Position numbers and translations under genes: made by a program. From NCBI GenBank assembly GCA_964016885.1, contig OZ024740.1, forward strand, positions 386,074,001-386,138,000: a stretch of 64,000 nt of DNA. The letters are read 5' to 3'. Shown one piece after another: positions 37,531-48,948 of this stretch (positions are counted from its first letter, which is position 1; each line of letters begins with the position of its first letter). The notes under the pieces were generated by a model. The model saw only the letters and a program-made list of their open reading frames with translations. It did no database searches and was not told the origin of the DNA. This DNA comes from Eledone cirrhosa. Its lineage: Eukaryota.

Positions 37531-40500
37531 TATTTCTTTATTAGCCACAGGGGCACAAAAGAAGGGGACAAATACAAAGGGGGAAGTTTACATACAATAA
37601 AAACGTGTAAAATGTTATCACAGATGGAATTTAAAAGTTAGTCGATTTTCCCCAATAGAGGGAGACAGTTTATATGGGTAACACATACCCCCGAAAAAAA
37701 ATGTGCAACCCTCATCTCCAGGAGTACGAAGAGCTTGTACTCCTTTCCTCTCCTCCTCCTTTTCCTCAACCTACAGGCTGATATAGAGAGAAGGCCCATT
37801 CACTCGGGCCATTCTCGCCACTTTCACCCACCTTTCATAAAACTTGCTGGGGTACAGCACCTCTCTCTCCATCCTGATTCTTCTTCCAAAGTGGTATTTG
37901 AAAAAAAGAATCAGTTGTTGGCCGGAGAGAAAGGTGTCTGACCTCAGCCCTTTCAACCTTGTCCACCATACAACCTCTTTCGCCATAGCTATCACACAAA
38001 GGAAAACCGCCTCTCCTTCGTTTTTGAAGGAGGGTGGCGGTTTGATCATGACAATGGACTCGGTGGTCAACTGGATTGGTCCCACCCGCGACAATAGTCG
38101 TTCTACATAGCCCCACAGGTCAGTGACGCCCGGGCAGTGTATGAATGCGTGCGCGACGGTTTCTTCGTCTCGCACGCACCTCGGACAGATCTTTTTTGCA
38201 GGGTCCCTGCCCGGGTGCCCATGTCTGTAGAGCTTGTCTCGAACTGGTAGAGCTCCTCGGTAGCACTGCCAGGCCAGGGACTTTTGGAAGTTGTCCATCG
38301 GTCCCGGGCGGAAGGTCCTACCGAACAGACTGGCCAGTTCATCTTCCTCTACGCCTAGAGTTTCACCGAGCGCGTCGTCGCACTTGCTGCGGACCAACCC
38401 TCTATAGAATGACGAAGTGGAGTCTCCACTGATCTCCGGGTCCGCCTGCCAGAGGGCTGTGAGCGCCTGAGCACATTCGATGTGCCAGTCGCCCATTTTC
38501 CTCGGTCTCTGCTTGACCCAGGACTGCAGCTCGGTCAGCGAGACGAGTCGTGGGAAGGCTCGCCTCACGAACGGGGCCCACACCGGTTGTCCGGTGAGGA
38601 ATACGTAGAGATGCCGCAGCCTGAGCGCGTGTTTGCGCATCGTCAACCACGGCATCCCCAGCCCTCCGTTAGAAGGGTGTTGGCAGCAGATGGATCTTCT
38701 CACCAAAGGAGCCCGCCTCTTCCAAAGGAATCGGAAGAGCGCGCGCTCCATTTTGGCGAGCGTTTTGGCTGGACAAGGCACGACGGTCAAGCGGTAGTAG
38801 ATGGCGGACGCTATAAAAGTGTTCGCCACCTCCGCTCGACCTTTCAAGGATAGTTTGCACTCGGCCCACTTCTGGGTGAGTGCAAACACCTTGGCCGTCA
38901 CTTCGTTCCAGTTCTTCCCCACCTGGAGGTCCGGACCAAACCAGACCCCGAGCAGCTTTACCGGTCCTTCCGTCCAGCGTCCGACGACGCCATCGGAAGG
39001 CATCGGTCTGCCTCTCCACGATCCGAGTTGCAAACCAATGGACTTGTCCCAGTTCAGCTTCGCTCCTGTGAGACTTTCGTATTCCTTCAGTAAGGTGCCG
39101 ACTTCCTCGATTTGCGAGGCGCTCGACACCATTACTGTCACGTCGTCGGCGTAGGCCGACGCCGCTTTCCGCAGTCCCGGTTCCAGAGGGATGCCCTGCA
39201 ATAGCTCCAGCTTCCGCAGTAGTGGCTCGAGAGTCAGTACGTACAGAAGGGAGGAGAGAGGGCATCCCTGTCGAATGGATCGCGTAATATGGAACGGCTC
39301 CGAGAGGTAACCGTTCACCTTGACCCTTGAGCAGATGTTGCTGTTGTGCATTGCAGCAATCCAGCCCCTGAACACGGGTCCGAAGCCTGCCGCCTCGAGC
39401 ACCGCATCCAGGTAACGATGGTCAACCCTATCGAAAGCCTTAGACTGATCCAAGTTGATCAGGGCCCCACCGAAGCCGGGTTTACACCCTACCCTCTCTA
39501 TGATGTATCGCATGAGGTGGAGGTTGTCGTGTATGGACCTGGTCGGGATTGCGCATGTCTGCGCTTCTCCCACCAGGTTCTCGACGACAAGCGCCAGCCT
39601 CTTTGCCAAAATCTGTAACTCTGTGTTTAGCAGAGTTATGGGCCGGAAGTTGCCTATGTCATCCCCCTTATTCTCGTCCTTCCTGATTAGTGTGACCACG
39701 CCCCCGGTTACAGAACTGGGAATTCTCCCGTTCTGTTGCCAGTTGCAGTAGACCGTTTCCAGGAGACCGGAGAATAAGTCCGGCATTGCTACGTAAAATT
39801 CGTAGGGTAGACCGTCGAGACCTGGAGATTTACGTTTGCCGCATTGGCTCAGCGCGTCCCCTATCTCAGTGGCTGAAATCGGCTTTTCGCAGAACTTCGC
39901 CTCGCTGTCCGAGAGTCGCGGTAAGCCGTCGAGGTATGGACCGAAATCCATAGCCTCTCCCGGCGCGCCGCTCCCCCCGAACAGCCGAGCAAAGTGCCGC
40001 TGAAAAGCCGCACACATCTGCTTCGGCTCACGTATCACGCGTCCGTTTTGGTCCTTCAAAGACCGAATCGTGGACTTGTTGCCACTTTTTGCCTCCGTCA
40101 CTCGGGCCCAGCTAACAGCTTTGGCTCCCTCGTTTCCCAGAGCACGTATTTTGCTTCTGACAACGCAGCCCTCGTGCTTTGCGTCGAAGAACTGGTCCAA
40201 GGCCGTTCTCGTTGCTAGCACGCTGGCTACGTTGCCACTTCTAATTGCCTCTTCTACTTTATCTACCAGTTCCTTCTCGGTTCTATTTCTATCTAACGCT
40301 AATTCTTTACTAAAAGCTATCGAGTCTAATCTAACTGCCCTCTTGAGAGAGTACCACCATCTGTTGTTGACAATGGCCCCTGTCAAATGCTGTTTAACTA
40401 AAGTGCTAATCCGTCTACTGTAGGCTTTGCTTGTCGGTAACGACAAGTTCAGCTTCCAGTAGCCGGGTCCTTGTCTATGGGTTCTATCAAGGTTGGCCAT

Positions 40501-41635
40501 GCAGGTCACTAGTTTGTGATCTGAATAGGCAACCATGAACATTTGTGGACAGCTTAACATGTCCCTATCCTTATTTCTAACTAGAACCCTATCTAGGTAC
40601 GATCTAGATGTTCCGCTACGATTACTCCACGTCCACAGTGGAGCAGTCGGAAAATCTAGTCGATATCTATCGGCCAGGTCAAATCGGTCGATTAACTGTT
40701 TGAGGCTGTTACACCCCCCTTTATCGGGACATGCTCCCACATAGTCCCAACGTGCATCTAGGATTCCATTCCAGTCCCCCACTAAAAACAAGGAGCGGGA
40801 CGTTCCCAGAAAAGTCTCTAGACGTTTGAAGAAGTCTGGCCGCGGTGTCCCGGATGGGGCATATGCGGCCACCAGCCTGAACGCTCCACCTTCACTACCG
40901 TCAACGTCTAGGACCACCAGTCGACCCTCCGGGTCCAGATGTACCGTCTGTGTTACGAGGCCCAGTTGTTTCCGCAGCAAAACGGCAACTCCACCCCCCG
41001 GTTGACAGAGAGATGCGTAGATCTCAAAGTCATCGAAGATGGGGCCCAGCTGTCGCTCGCCGTGGATCCTGGACTCGCAAATGGCTACCACATCCAAACT
41101 GTGCGACCTGAGGTCGTTTAAGAGTTTGCCCTGTTTCCAGGGCATCCCCAGGCCGCGTACGTTCACACATCCAACTCTTATATTGGCCATGTTGGTGCTG
41201 AAAAGTTAAAAGAGGAAAAGAGATCACTCACCCTTCGCCTCCTGGGGACCAGGCCGCACGATTTCCATGGGGATGTTGGAGGGGTTGTCTGGATGGGTGG
41301 TGGTTTCCGGCGGGGTGGGGACGCAGATGTTTGGTGGGGTGGGGTCTGGTGGGATGGGGGTGTCTGGGGTGGGGAGGCATTTGAGAAGGACGCGGTTGAG
41401 TGGTTTCACGCAGGAATTCCCCACATCCTTCTCAAATGTTTCTTTTAGGAACCTATAAGTTTGTATAGGGACCCTAATCAGTTTTAGGTTCAGTTTTTTG
41501 CTATTTTTTATAGTGGGCGAAAGTTTTCCCTCCGGTGAAAACCGAAGGGTCGTTCGTGATGGTCCCCTTAGTGTATTGTTTTCAGTGTTTATGTAAGTGT
41601 AAGTTTCTTGTGTTGTGTTTGTTTTTGTCTGTAGA
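37531..41635 (-). mobile_element. Tx1/L1-clade LINE with open ORF2 and ORF1 C-terminal remnant
   Basis: AATAAA then (TA)/(TATC)n at the 3' end; Pro-rich ORF1 tail ends at 41224, 34 bp before ORF2; GC-rich compared with flanks. Confidence 0.9.
37771..41190 (-). CDS. LINE ORF2: APE endonuclease + reverse transcriptase + CCHC domain (1139 aa)
   Basis: NVRG, ESR, YAP, GDWN, SYLDR, SDH; GPGYWKLN; KSPGLDG; NFRPITLLN; DQSKAFD; RQGCPLS; YADD; CPRC..ETVAHAFIHC. Confidence 0.95.
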   Translation of the reverse strand: MANIRVGCVNVRGLGMPWKQGKLLNDLRSHSLDVVAICESRIHGERQLGPIFDDFEIYASLCQPGGGVAVLLRKQLGLVTQTVHLDPEGRLVVLDVDGSEGGAFRLVAAYAPSGTPRPDFFKRLETFLGTSRSLFLVGDWNGILDARWDYVGACPDKGGCNSLKQLIDRFDLADRYRLDFPTAPLWTWSNRSGTSRSYLDRVLVRNKDRDMLSCPQMFMVAYSDHKLVTCMANLDRTHRQGPGYWKLNLSLPTSKAYSRRISTLVKQHLTGAIVNNRWWYSLKRAVRLDSIAFSKELALDRNRTEKELVDKVEEAIRSGNVASVLATRTALDQFFDAKHEGCVVRSKIRALGNEGAKAVSWARVTEAKSGNKSTIRSLKDQNGRVIREPKQMCAAFQRHFARLFGGSGAPGEAMDFGPYLDGLPRLSDSEAKFCEKPISATEIGDALSQCGKRKSPGLDGLPYEFYVAMPDLFSGLLETVYCNWQQNGRIPSSVTGGVVTLIRKDENKGDDIGNFRPITLLNTELQILAKRLALVVENLVGEAQTCAIPTRSIHDNLHLMRYIIERVGCKPGFGGALINLDQSKAFDRVDHRYLDAVLEAAGFGPVFRGWIAAMHNSNICSRVKVNGYLSEPFHITRSIRQGCPLSSLLYVLTLEPLLRKLELLQGIPLEPGLRKAASAYADDVTVMVSSASQIEEVGTLLKEYESLTGAKLNWDKSIGLQLGSWRGRPMPSDGVVGRWTEGPVKLLGVWFGPDLQVGKNWNEVTAKVFALTQKWAECKLSLKGRAEVANTFIASAIYYRLTVVPCPAKTLAKMERALFRFLWKRRAPLVRRSICCQHPSNGGLGMPWLTMRKHALRLRHLYVFLTGQPVWAPFVRRAFPRLVSLTELQSWVKQRPRKMGDWHIECAQALTALWQADPEISGDSTSSFYRGLVRSKCDDALGETLGVEEDELASLFGRTFRPGPMDNFQKSLAWQCYRGALPVRDKLYRHGHPGRDPAKKICPRCVRDEETVAHAFIHCPGVTDLWGYVERLLSRVGPIQLTTESIVMIKPPPSFKNEGEAVFLCVIAMAKEVVWWTRLKGLRSDTFLSGQQLILFFKYHFGRRIRMEREVLYPSKFYERWVKVARMARVNGPSLYISL

Positions 41636-41639
41636 TAAA

Positions 41640-42271
41640 TAAATAAGTGTGTGCGTGTGCGTGTGCGTGCGTGCGTGCGTGCGCGTGCGTGTGCGTGTGT
41701 GTAGTACCCAACCGATCTTTTTCAAACTTTACAAGTGTATTACTTAGATTTCAGGCCGTGTTATGCACATTAAAAAAATTCTACTTTTTGATCTCCTATG
41801 GTCCGCATTAGGTGAAAAACTGTGTTTTTTTCCAGTTTTTTTAGGGGTTTTTTGAGGCGTTAAGTCAGATCGATTTCTTTGGAGTTGTAACTATGTATTA
41901 TTCAGTCTCTTCTGCATACTGTGAGCAAAGAAAATCCAACTTTTTTATGGCCTAGGTGAAAAACTTTTTTTTTTATTTAGCTTTTTAGGGCTTTTTTGAG
42001 GCGTTACGTCTAACCGATTTACCCGAAATTTAAAGGCATATCATGCACATAGAAAAATTCATTTTCTTGATCCCCTAGGGCCCGCATTAGGTGAAAACCT
42101 GCCTTTTACCTGCTTCATCGAGGAAAATCTTAGATTATGCCGCCATCAGAGTATTCGGTTTATTTTCTTTACATATTGTCCAGGCATGCAGTTTTTCCAC
42201 GATTAGGTCATTTGGCGGCCCGCGTTCCAAAATACCTTATCCTGTGCAACGCCGGGTACCACTGCTGGTAT
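41640..42271 (+). mobile_element. Non-autonomous Helitron-like element with internal subrepeats
   Basis: (GTGC)n near the 5' end, three taggtgaaaa subrepeats, 3' end cctgtgcaacgccggg..ctgg similar to 10122-10150. Confidence 0.6.
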
Positions 42272-42329
42272 ATATCTATAGTTCATGTATGCTCGTGTTT
42301 CTGCACCATAAGTAAACACGCACAAAACA

Positions 42330-44100
42330 AGCGAGACAGCCTTTATGTGATCGCTCAGCCTGAAAGAAACAGCAACCAAGTTGTCCTCAATTGTCTTATA
42401 GAAAACATGGTGGATGATGTAGTCCGAGTTGATTATAACCCCCCACCACCCCCAAAACCGGCTGGGATGATTATGGCTGGAATACTTTTCATTCATCGTT
42501 CTTATTTGATCTGGTTCGACTGCTGATAAATGGACAAAATTGTGCTGAAGGTTCTTTTTTGCTTACATGCAGAATTTCTCTGTTCCTAATAATTTTGCTA
42601 TAGACTATTGAAAATTAAAGAGATTTATAAATGTTTACACATGTTGGGTTATTATAGGTCCTGTGTTAGACATCCACTAACCATGATTTCTAACATAGAT
42701 GTATATAAGGCCACAAATTTTGAAGAATTTAATCAATTTACCCTACCACAGTAACAAGGGCAAGAAGAACAACACGTACTGTTTGTTATGAAAGTGTAAT
42801 TGCGCTGGGGTGAACATTTTTCAAGCGTTATTTGTGCGTATATTGAGACTGAATTCATAGTACTTTGTGTTTGCTAGAGCTCGAGTTAGTGGTGTTGTTT
42901 TTGTGTAATGAGTTTTCTCTTTAAAACCACTCATCATTGCACCTCTTTTTAGTACAGAGACTCGCTAGGTTCTTGATAATAGAGAGTGGGTTGATGGAGC
43001 TTGTGTTAATATATACACATTTCTTATTGAGTATTCCAAAAGAATGGTGACTACTGGTGTCTGGTTTGACATGATACTAGTGCTTGTTATGATTATCAGG
43101 TTTAGTTCTTTAAAATAATTGATGTATTTTTTAAAAACTCTTAACTGGTAACCAGAGATGTTTTTTTTTAACTATAAGTATATCGTCACAATATGAGCTA
43201 TAGAGTAAGCTGCTGAATATCGTGAGTACTGTGTGCAAAATATAGAGGTCTATGATTTTGGTTGAATATTCCACACGTTTTGGTTACCTTTCTTTATTTA
43301 CACGGTCTCGTCGCAAGGCCGCAAATATCTTGGTTCAGCCATTATAATGTTAATTTTCCAAGTCAATTTTAGGGGTGGAAATGTATTTATCGAAAGATAA
43401 AATTCTGTTATGTCGAGTTGTGTAGGTAATTGTTGTTGTTGTTGCACATTGGCCATTTCCGTACAGACATGCTGTTATTTCAGAGGAGTAGACGGACTAG
43501 TTGCTTTATTTTGAGGACGATTTTATTAAAAATGTTTTTTGTATTTCTAATTCAGTCTTTAACATATTGGAGATTAGGTTATTGGAGAAATTGCTTATAT
43601 TGTTCCTGACTGTTGTACTGGGTCTGCGGTGAGAAAAGCATTCAACATTTTCTCCACATCCAAATTTGTGCTCAATGCTTTGACTTCTAAGTTTATCGAG
43701 TTGAATGTGTTATGGTTTTTTTATGTGCCAGTTATACTGGTGAAGAAAATGTTTTTGTATATATGCGTTTGTCTGCTTCGAGCCAATTATTAATTTTGTC
43801 CGACAGAACAAACATGCCCTAGTAGTTTTTTGAATATTCTCATATTGTTATTAAAGATTTGCTAAAAGTTTTAAAAACATTAGCCTCTGGATGTTATTGG
43901 AGAAATTAGATTTAAATTGTTCCAAAGAGGGAGAATTTCCGAGACCTTCAAACAGTACTGTTTCTTCAAGAGGAATAAGAGACTGTTATTGTTGTATAAT
44001 AGCGCTTCCTATCTCATTCTTCTCGAAAAATCCTTGGGTTCGTGGATCAAACATTTCAAATATATTTTATTTGTCTAGATATGTTTTATGTTGAAAAATT
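42330..44100 (-). mobile_element. Highly decayed retroelement, possibly PLE RT
   Basis: Only weak motifs on the minus strand: FVALYTSM (~42695-42720) and TKPDN (~43090-43108); no ORF. Confidence 0.3.
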
Positions 44101-45281
44101 AGTCAAGTGTTTTTCCGTGTTCCAACTGGTTCATTATAGATGCTAAGAACCCTCGACTCTTCAAGAAACAGTGGGATAAATAACTACCTACACGAATGTT
44201 TATGCAATTAAGCGAAAAATGTAATCAATACGGTGAAGTAGAATGGGATGAAGAGCTGAAATCTTATGAATCACTCGCCAGATTGTAACGTTTCATTTCA
44301 GTAGGCGACTGGGGATAAGAGCAGTGGATTGAGATTTATAAATAGAATATTCTACTCGAAAATTTAACAAACAAAAACACAACAATGTAAACACTATATA
44401 AATTAAAAACTTAAAAAATATTATAAAACGGAGAATAGAAAACACCAACGCAAACATGAGCCGGGCGTATTTAGGCAGTGACGTTTGATTCAGGGTATTA
44501 ATGATACTGGAACTTTCTCATAAATTCAGGCTGGTTTGGAGTATGTGGCGGACCTGTCAACTCTACCCGTCCCACGGGGAGTTCCCCAACCCACTTTAGG
44601 GTGGGTGACAGATGTCTTCTCGTGAAAATGGGTATAGCTTTCATTATGTAAAATCTCCCCATTTTGCCTTATTTCCCCGTTTTCGGGCACTTTTTTCATG
44701 GTACTCCACGTTTGGGTTTTTAGAGGTTGGCAGGTCTTATGTGGTGATATATAAGGATACAATGATTATATATAATGGTATAATACAATAATAGAATTTC
44801 TTGGCTGGTAGAATTTATCGGTTACTCAGTTTAATATCACCACCTAGCCATTAATGGAGCCCACTTTGTTGCAAGCATTCGGACCAGGTCTTCAATTTGA
44901 AATTTCCTTTCTCCCGCCCACTCACTCACCTGTTTTAAAGAACCTGAAAAAAGATCATTGTGCTCTTCCCCACCTTCTATGGCTAAACAATAAAAAGAAA
45001 TAATAAAATAGAATGCTGTTTAATGAAATAAATATGACATAAAATGTAGAAAGTAAAATAAACATTAAATAGCGATCAAAATAAATTTTGATAAATAATT
45101 TTAGACAAGTATTTACACAATTAGAAACATATAAATTCATGTGATTACACACACACATTCATACATATAAATTACACAAAATCACCTAAACGCATATACA
45201 TACATGTATGAATGCAAATATATACACACATGAATATATAGACAGCGAAGCGTTAAAACATAGAACAAAATGCCCTGTAAT

Positions 45282-45573
45282 CAGGGCTGGATTTAATGGG
45301 GGACAAAGGGGGAAATTGCCCCTGCCATGGGGGACCCCCACCAGTGACGGCTGTAGCAATTTATTTGTGCCCTCAGCTGGGCTTTTTAGTTTGAGGATGG
45401 TTATAATTTTTGAATTTAATGCCTGTATGTATAACTTTTCAATTCCAATTGTGCCAACTTAACTTTGACATGTAAAATTGAGGGGTTTGCTGTGTATTCT
45501 ATTTTGTTGTGTATGAGCCGCTCCCCTCCAAACCTTAAGTGCCCCAGGCCCCCAAGGTCTAAATCCAACCCTA
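45282..45573. mobile_element. hAT-type MITE
   Basis: TIRs cagggctggattta / taaatccaacccta; 8-bp TSD cctgtaat / cctgtatt (1 mismatch). Confidence 0.8.
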
Positions 45574-45586
45574 CCTGTATTATTAG

Positions 45587-45765
45587 TTTGGTAGTATCGG
45601 TGGAGCGTCAGACACCATGCTTTACAGCATAGAGTTACGGCCCTTTACGTTCTGAGTTCAAATACCGCCGAGGTTAACTTTGCCTTTCATCCTTACGGGG
45701 TCGATAAAATAAAGTATCAGTAATGCACTGGAATAATTGCTGGCCTTGTGCCAAAAGTAGAGACT
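45587..45765 (+). mobile_element. tRNA-derived SINE
   Basis: A-box-like tggtagtatcgg, B-box gagttcaaatacc, conserved body; a degenerate partial copy follows at 45790-45845. Confidence 0.85.
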
Positions 45766-46269
45766 CTCTAAGATCTAAGTTCATATCGCATCGAGTTCAA
45801 CTTCGCTTTTCACCCTTTTGATGGAATGAAAAAATAAAGTACCAACCCATGACCCAGGATTGGCAGAATTTTTAGTACATGGAGAGAACATTCCTCGCAT
45901 CATTTGCTTCTGCTCTTTGTGTTTCAAGTGTTCAGTAGCAGACTAAAAGCAACCATAAATAAAGCGTCTTGTTCAAGAACACAACGTCTTTATGATCGTA
46001 ACTCCACTACCCTAAACGACTAAGCGATGGGCTCTAAGGTTGACAAACTATTTCATTGCAGTTTAGGCATTTGAAAATGCTTACCTGCTTTAATTATGCT
46101 TTCAAGAGGTTATTCAATTAATGTTCTAGTCAGAAATGTAGTGGAGTAGTGCAGCAAGATAAGATAGGAAATAAATACATACATATACATACATACACAT
46201 ATATATATATAATATATATACACACACACATACATATAATATATATATATAGACACACACATACATATA

Positions 46270-46314
<45 letters not shown>

Positions 46315-47249
46315 CATACACAGACATACGCGTGAGTGCGTGTGTGCTCAATACGCAAAATCTATATAGACTAGTTTATTTTCATCTTAGTATCGGTTAT
46401 CTGGCATTCTCAACTGCTACTGCAATATATGAGACATGTTCACAGAGCAAAAGAAAAAGAATATATATATAGTTCAAGATAAACAAGACGAACACAGCGA
46501 TACAGTAAGACAAAGTCTTCTTGGTTTCATACTTATTGGAAAAAGGAAAATCAATGTTTTAACGTTAGTCTTTCATCAAATTCAGAGAAAGAGAAGGCTG
46601 GAAAGAAAGTAAAAGTTTTATTAGGTGTGGGGGGGGGGGGGCTGAAGTAGGGTCCAAGGCGGATAGTCCGTGTCTATCATTGGTAATGTTATGTGTGTGC
46701 AGATTGTGAACATTTCTTGGGTGCGCGTGTTGCTGAATATATTTTTCTTTGTGTATGTGTGCGCGTATGTATACGTGCGTGACTGTGGTTTTTGTGTGTT
46801 TATGTATGAGTTTGCATGTGTGTATGTATCTGAGTGAGTTTATGTGGATATTTGTGCGTTGATGTATATGAGTGTGCGTGTGTTTAGGTGTGTGTAACTA
46901 TCTGTATCTGTGTGTGCGTGTGTATACCAAACGATAAGAGATATATATCCAGAGCCTGTATTCTGAAGTGTCAGTCATTCGATTTCATAACTTTTGTAGG
47001 GATTTGAGAAAGTGGCCGAGTATTAAAGAGAAAAAGTGGGCGGAAGTATGTATCTCACTAAGAAAGAATGCCAAGGTGTGCGAAAGCAAGGTTTGGCTGG
47101 CAGAATTCTAAGAATTGGTAAATTCAGAGTTGCATTTACTGGTCCCTATAAGGTCATTGAGGGCTTTTGTTTATATTTGTTTCGGAGTTTATTGTCAATA
47201 AGTGTGGGTGCGTGCCTGTTGGAGCATGTGTCATGCCTTCGTATATATA

Positions 47250-47555
47250 CCATCCTCATTTTACGTCCGCTTTTCCCTGCTTGCAAGGGTGGGACGGGTC
47301 CTATTCAGCACAGCATCTCTCCACTTGTCACACTCCTTCGTCATCTCGACCGTGAGCTTCAGCGATCTGAGGTCTGCTCTTACCACCCCCGCCCATGTTT
47401 TTCGTGGTCTTCCTCTGCTACGTCTTCCTTCAACTGGCATTTCTTGGCACTTCTTCACCCATCAGTCATCCTCCATGTGCATCACATGTTCATACCATCC
47501 CAGTCTCCTCTCCCGCACACTACAATTTATCCCCCTCAGGCATAATTTCTCTCTC
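47250..47555 (-). mobile_element. RTE-clade LINE 3' end
   Basis: RRLGWYEHVMHM..VEGRRSRGRPRKTW..KWRDAV. Confidence 0.8.
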
Positions 47556-47574
47556 GCTATATATATATATATAT

Positions 47575-47937
47575 TAATAATGATATAGAGGTGTCAAATT
47601 TTCATTACACGTATTGAGGTGTGACGCGCATTTCGCTATTGATCAGCTGAAGATTCGATCTGTATCGATCGGGCTCGACTCTGGAATCAAAAGCTCATCA
47701 GACTTCTGTACGGGAATCATTCTGAGCTTTTGATTCCAGAGTCGAGCCCGATCTACACAGATCTTCAGCTGATCAATAGCGAAACGCGCGTCACACCTCA
47801 ATAAATTTAATGAAAAGTTGACACCTCATTCATATTATTATCATTACACTCTGCTTAATACAACCCCAAAATAGATACTGGAAACTACGCATCGAGTGCT
47901 CACTTTGGTGAACCTACAGTAACTTGATGTTACAATG

Positions 47938-47941
<4 letters not shown>
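47575..47941 (+). mobile_element. Miniature PLE end: imperfect inverted repeat (47578-47697 / 47723-47838) plus tail, in (TA)n
   Basis: Arms are reverse complements; hammerhead on the left arm (minus strand); the right arm has GAAA-cgcgcg-TC but only CTGA of the core. Confidence 0.75.
47621..47703 (-). ncRNA. Type I hammerhead, CUGAUGA core, long stem II
   Basis: Minus strand: gt-CTGATGA-gcttttgat...atcaatagc-GAAA-tgcgcg-TC-ac; only 2 bp of stem I remain. Confidence 0.6.
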
Positions 47942-47970
<29 letters not shown>

Positions 47971-47973
<3 letters not shown>

Positions 47974-48647
47974 TGTATGTATAGTATATTTGGCAATATA
48001 CCGTATGTTTAATTAAAAACATTTTGAAGACCATACGCTATCGGTTTTAAAGTAGTGACTATGTCACTTACTTCTTTTCGGCGAAAGAAGGGAGAGAAGC
48101 TAACAGTCTGTTTCACGCTGCTTGGCGATCATCAGAGCCCGCACTCCCTGCTTCCGCCGAAAATTATAGAAGCTGGATTCTTATAGAATGCCAGTAATAA
48201 TCAGGAGCTGATTATACAGAGCGATTGCCGGTCCAGTAAAAATTAGGTATTAGGATTGGTGCTCTGAAATAGCGATGTATACATGAATGTATGTATAGTA
48301 TATTTGGCAATATATCGTATGTTTAATTAAAAACATTTTGAAGACCATACTCTAACGGTTCCGGCAATCGCTCTGTATAATCAGCTCCTGATTATTACTG
48401 GAATTCTATAAGAATCCAGTTTCTATTTTCGGCGGAAGCAGGGAGTACGTGGCTCTGTTTCACGCTGTTTGGCGATCATCAGACTTATTTTCTCTCCCTT
48501 CTTTCGCCGAAAAGAAATGACAGCCACTACTTTAAAATCGATAGCGTATGGTCTTCAAAATGTTTTTAATTAAACATACGGTATATTGCCAAATATACTA
48601 TACATACATTCCTGTATACATCGCTATTTCAGAGCACCAATCCTAAT
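47971..48647. mobile_element. Retrozyme-like family B: 315-bp tandem unit (47971-48360) plus inverted arm (48361-48647)
   Basis: gaatgtatgtatagtatatttggc recurs at 47971 and 48286; inverted arm starts at ccggcaatcg; no ORF; (TA)n flanks. Confidence 0.75.
48099..48138 (-). ncRNA. Type I hammerhead, CUGAUGA core
   Basis: Minus strand: gct-CTGATGA-tcgc/caagca/gcgt-GAAA-cag/a/ctg-TT-agc. Confidence 0.78.
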
Positions 48648-48834
48648 ATATATATATATACATCCAGCTCCGCCACCCAACCACATTCTTATTCGATGTA
48701 AGGTGTAATTTGAGCTGCTACTTTTAATATGTTGAGCGACCTCGTAAATGTCCCATTTTGGGCTAGGAAACAATATTAATTTCTTGCGTAGGCACGAAGT
48801 TAGAAAATTACTTTAAAACTAAATTGAAAAAATA

Positions 48835-48948
48835 ATTGTTTCTACTTTTGGCACAAGGCCAGCAAATATCCAGTGCATTACTGGTACTTTATTTTATCGA
48901 CCCCGTAAGGATGAAAGGCAAAGTTAACCTCGGCGGGATTTGAACTCA
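48835..48948 (-). mobile_element. tRNA-derived SINE, 5'-truncated
   Basis: Homologous to 6632-6746. Confidence 0.85.

Noticed and set aside
37735-41227. Overlapping antisense and alternate-frame ORFs in the LINE
   Set aside because: Shadow ORFs expected in a GC-rich coding region; no motifs.
44105-44310. Hammerhead-like words near the decayed retroelement
   Set aside because: No consistent stem I/II/III pairing could be built.
45587-45680. tRNA gene
   Set aside because: A/B boxes belong to the multicopy SINE head; no cloverleaf.
46548-46584. Possible minus-strand hammerhead (TTGATGA-aagac..gtt-AAAA)
   Set aside because: G12 is lost and C3U has no compensating change at position 8; at best a dead relic.
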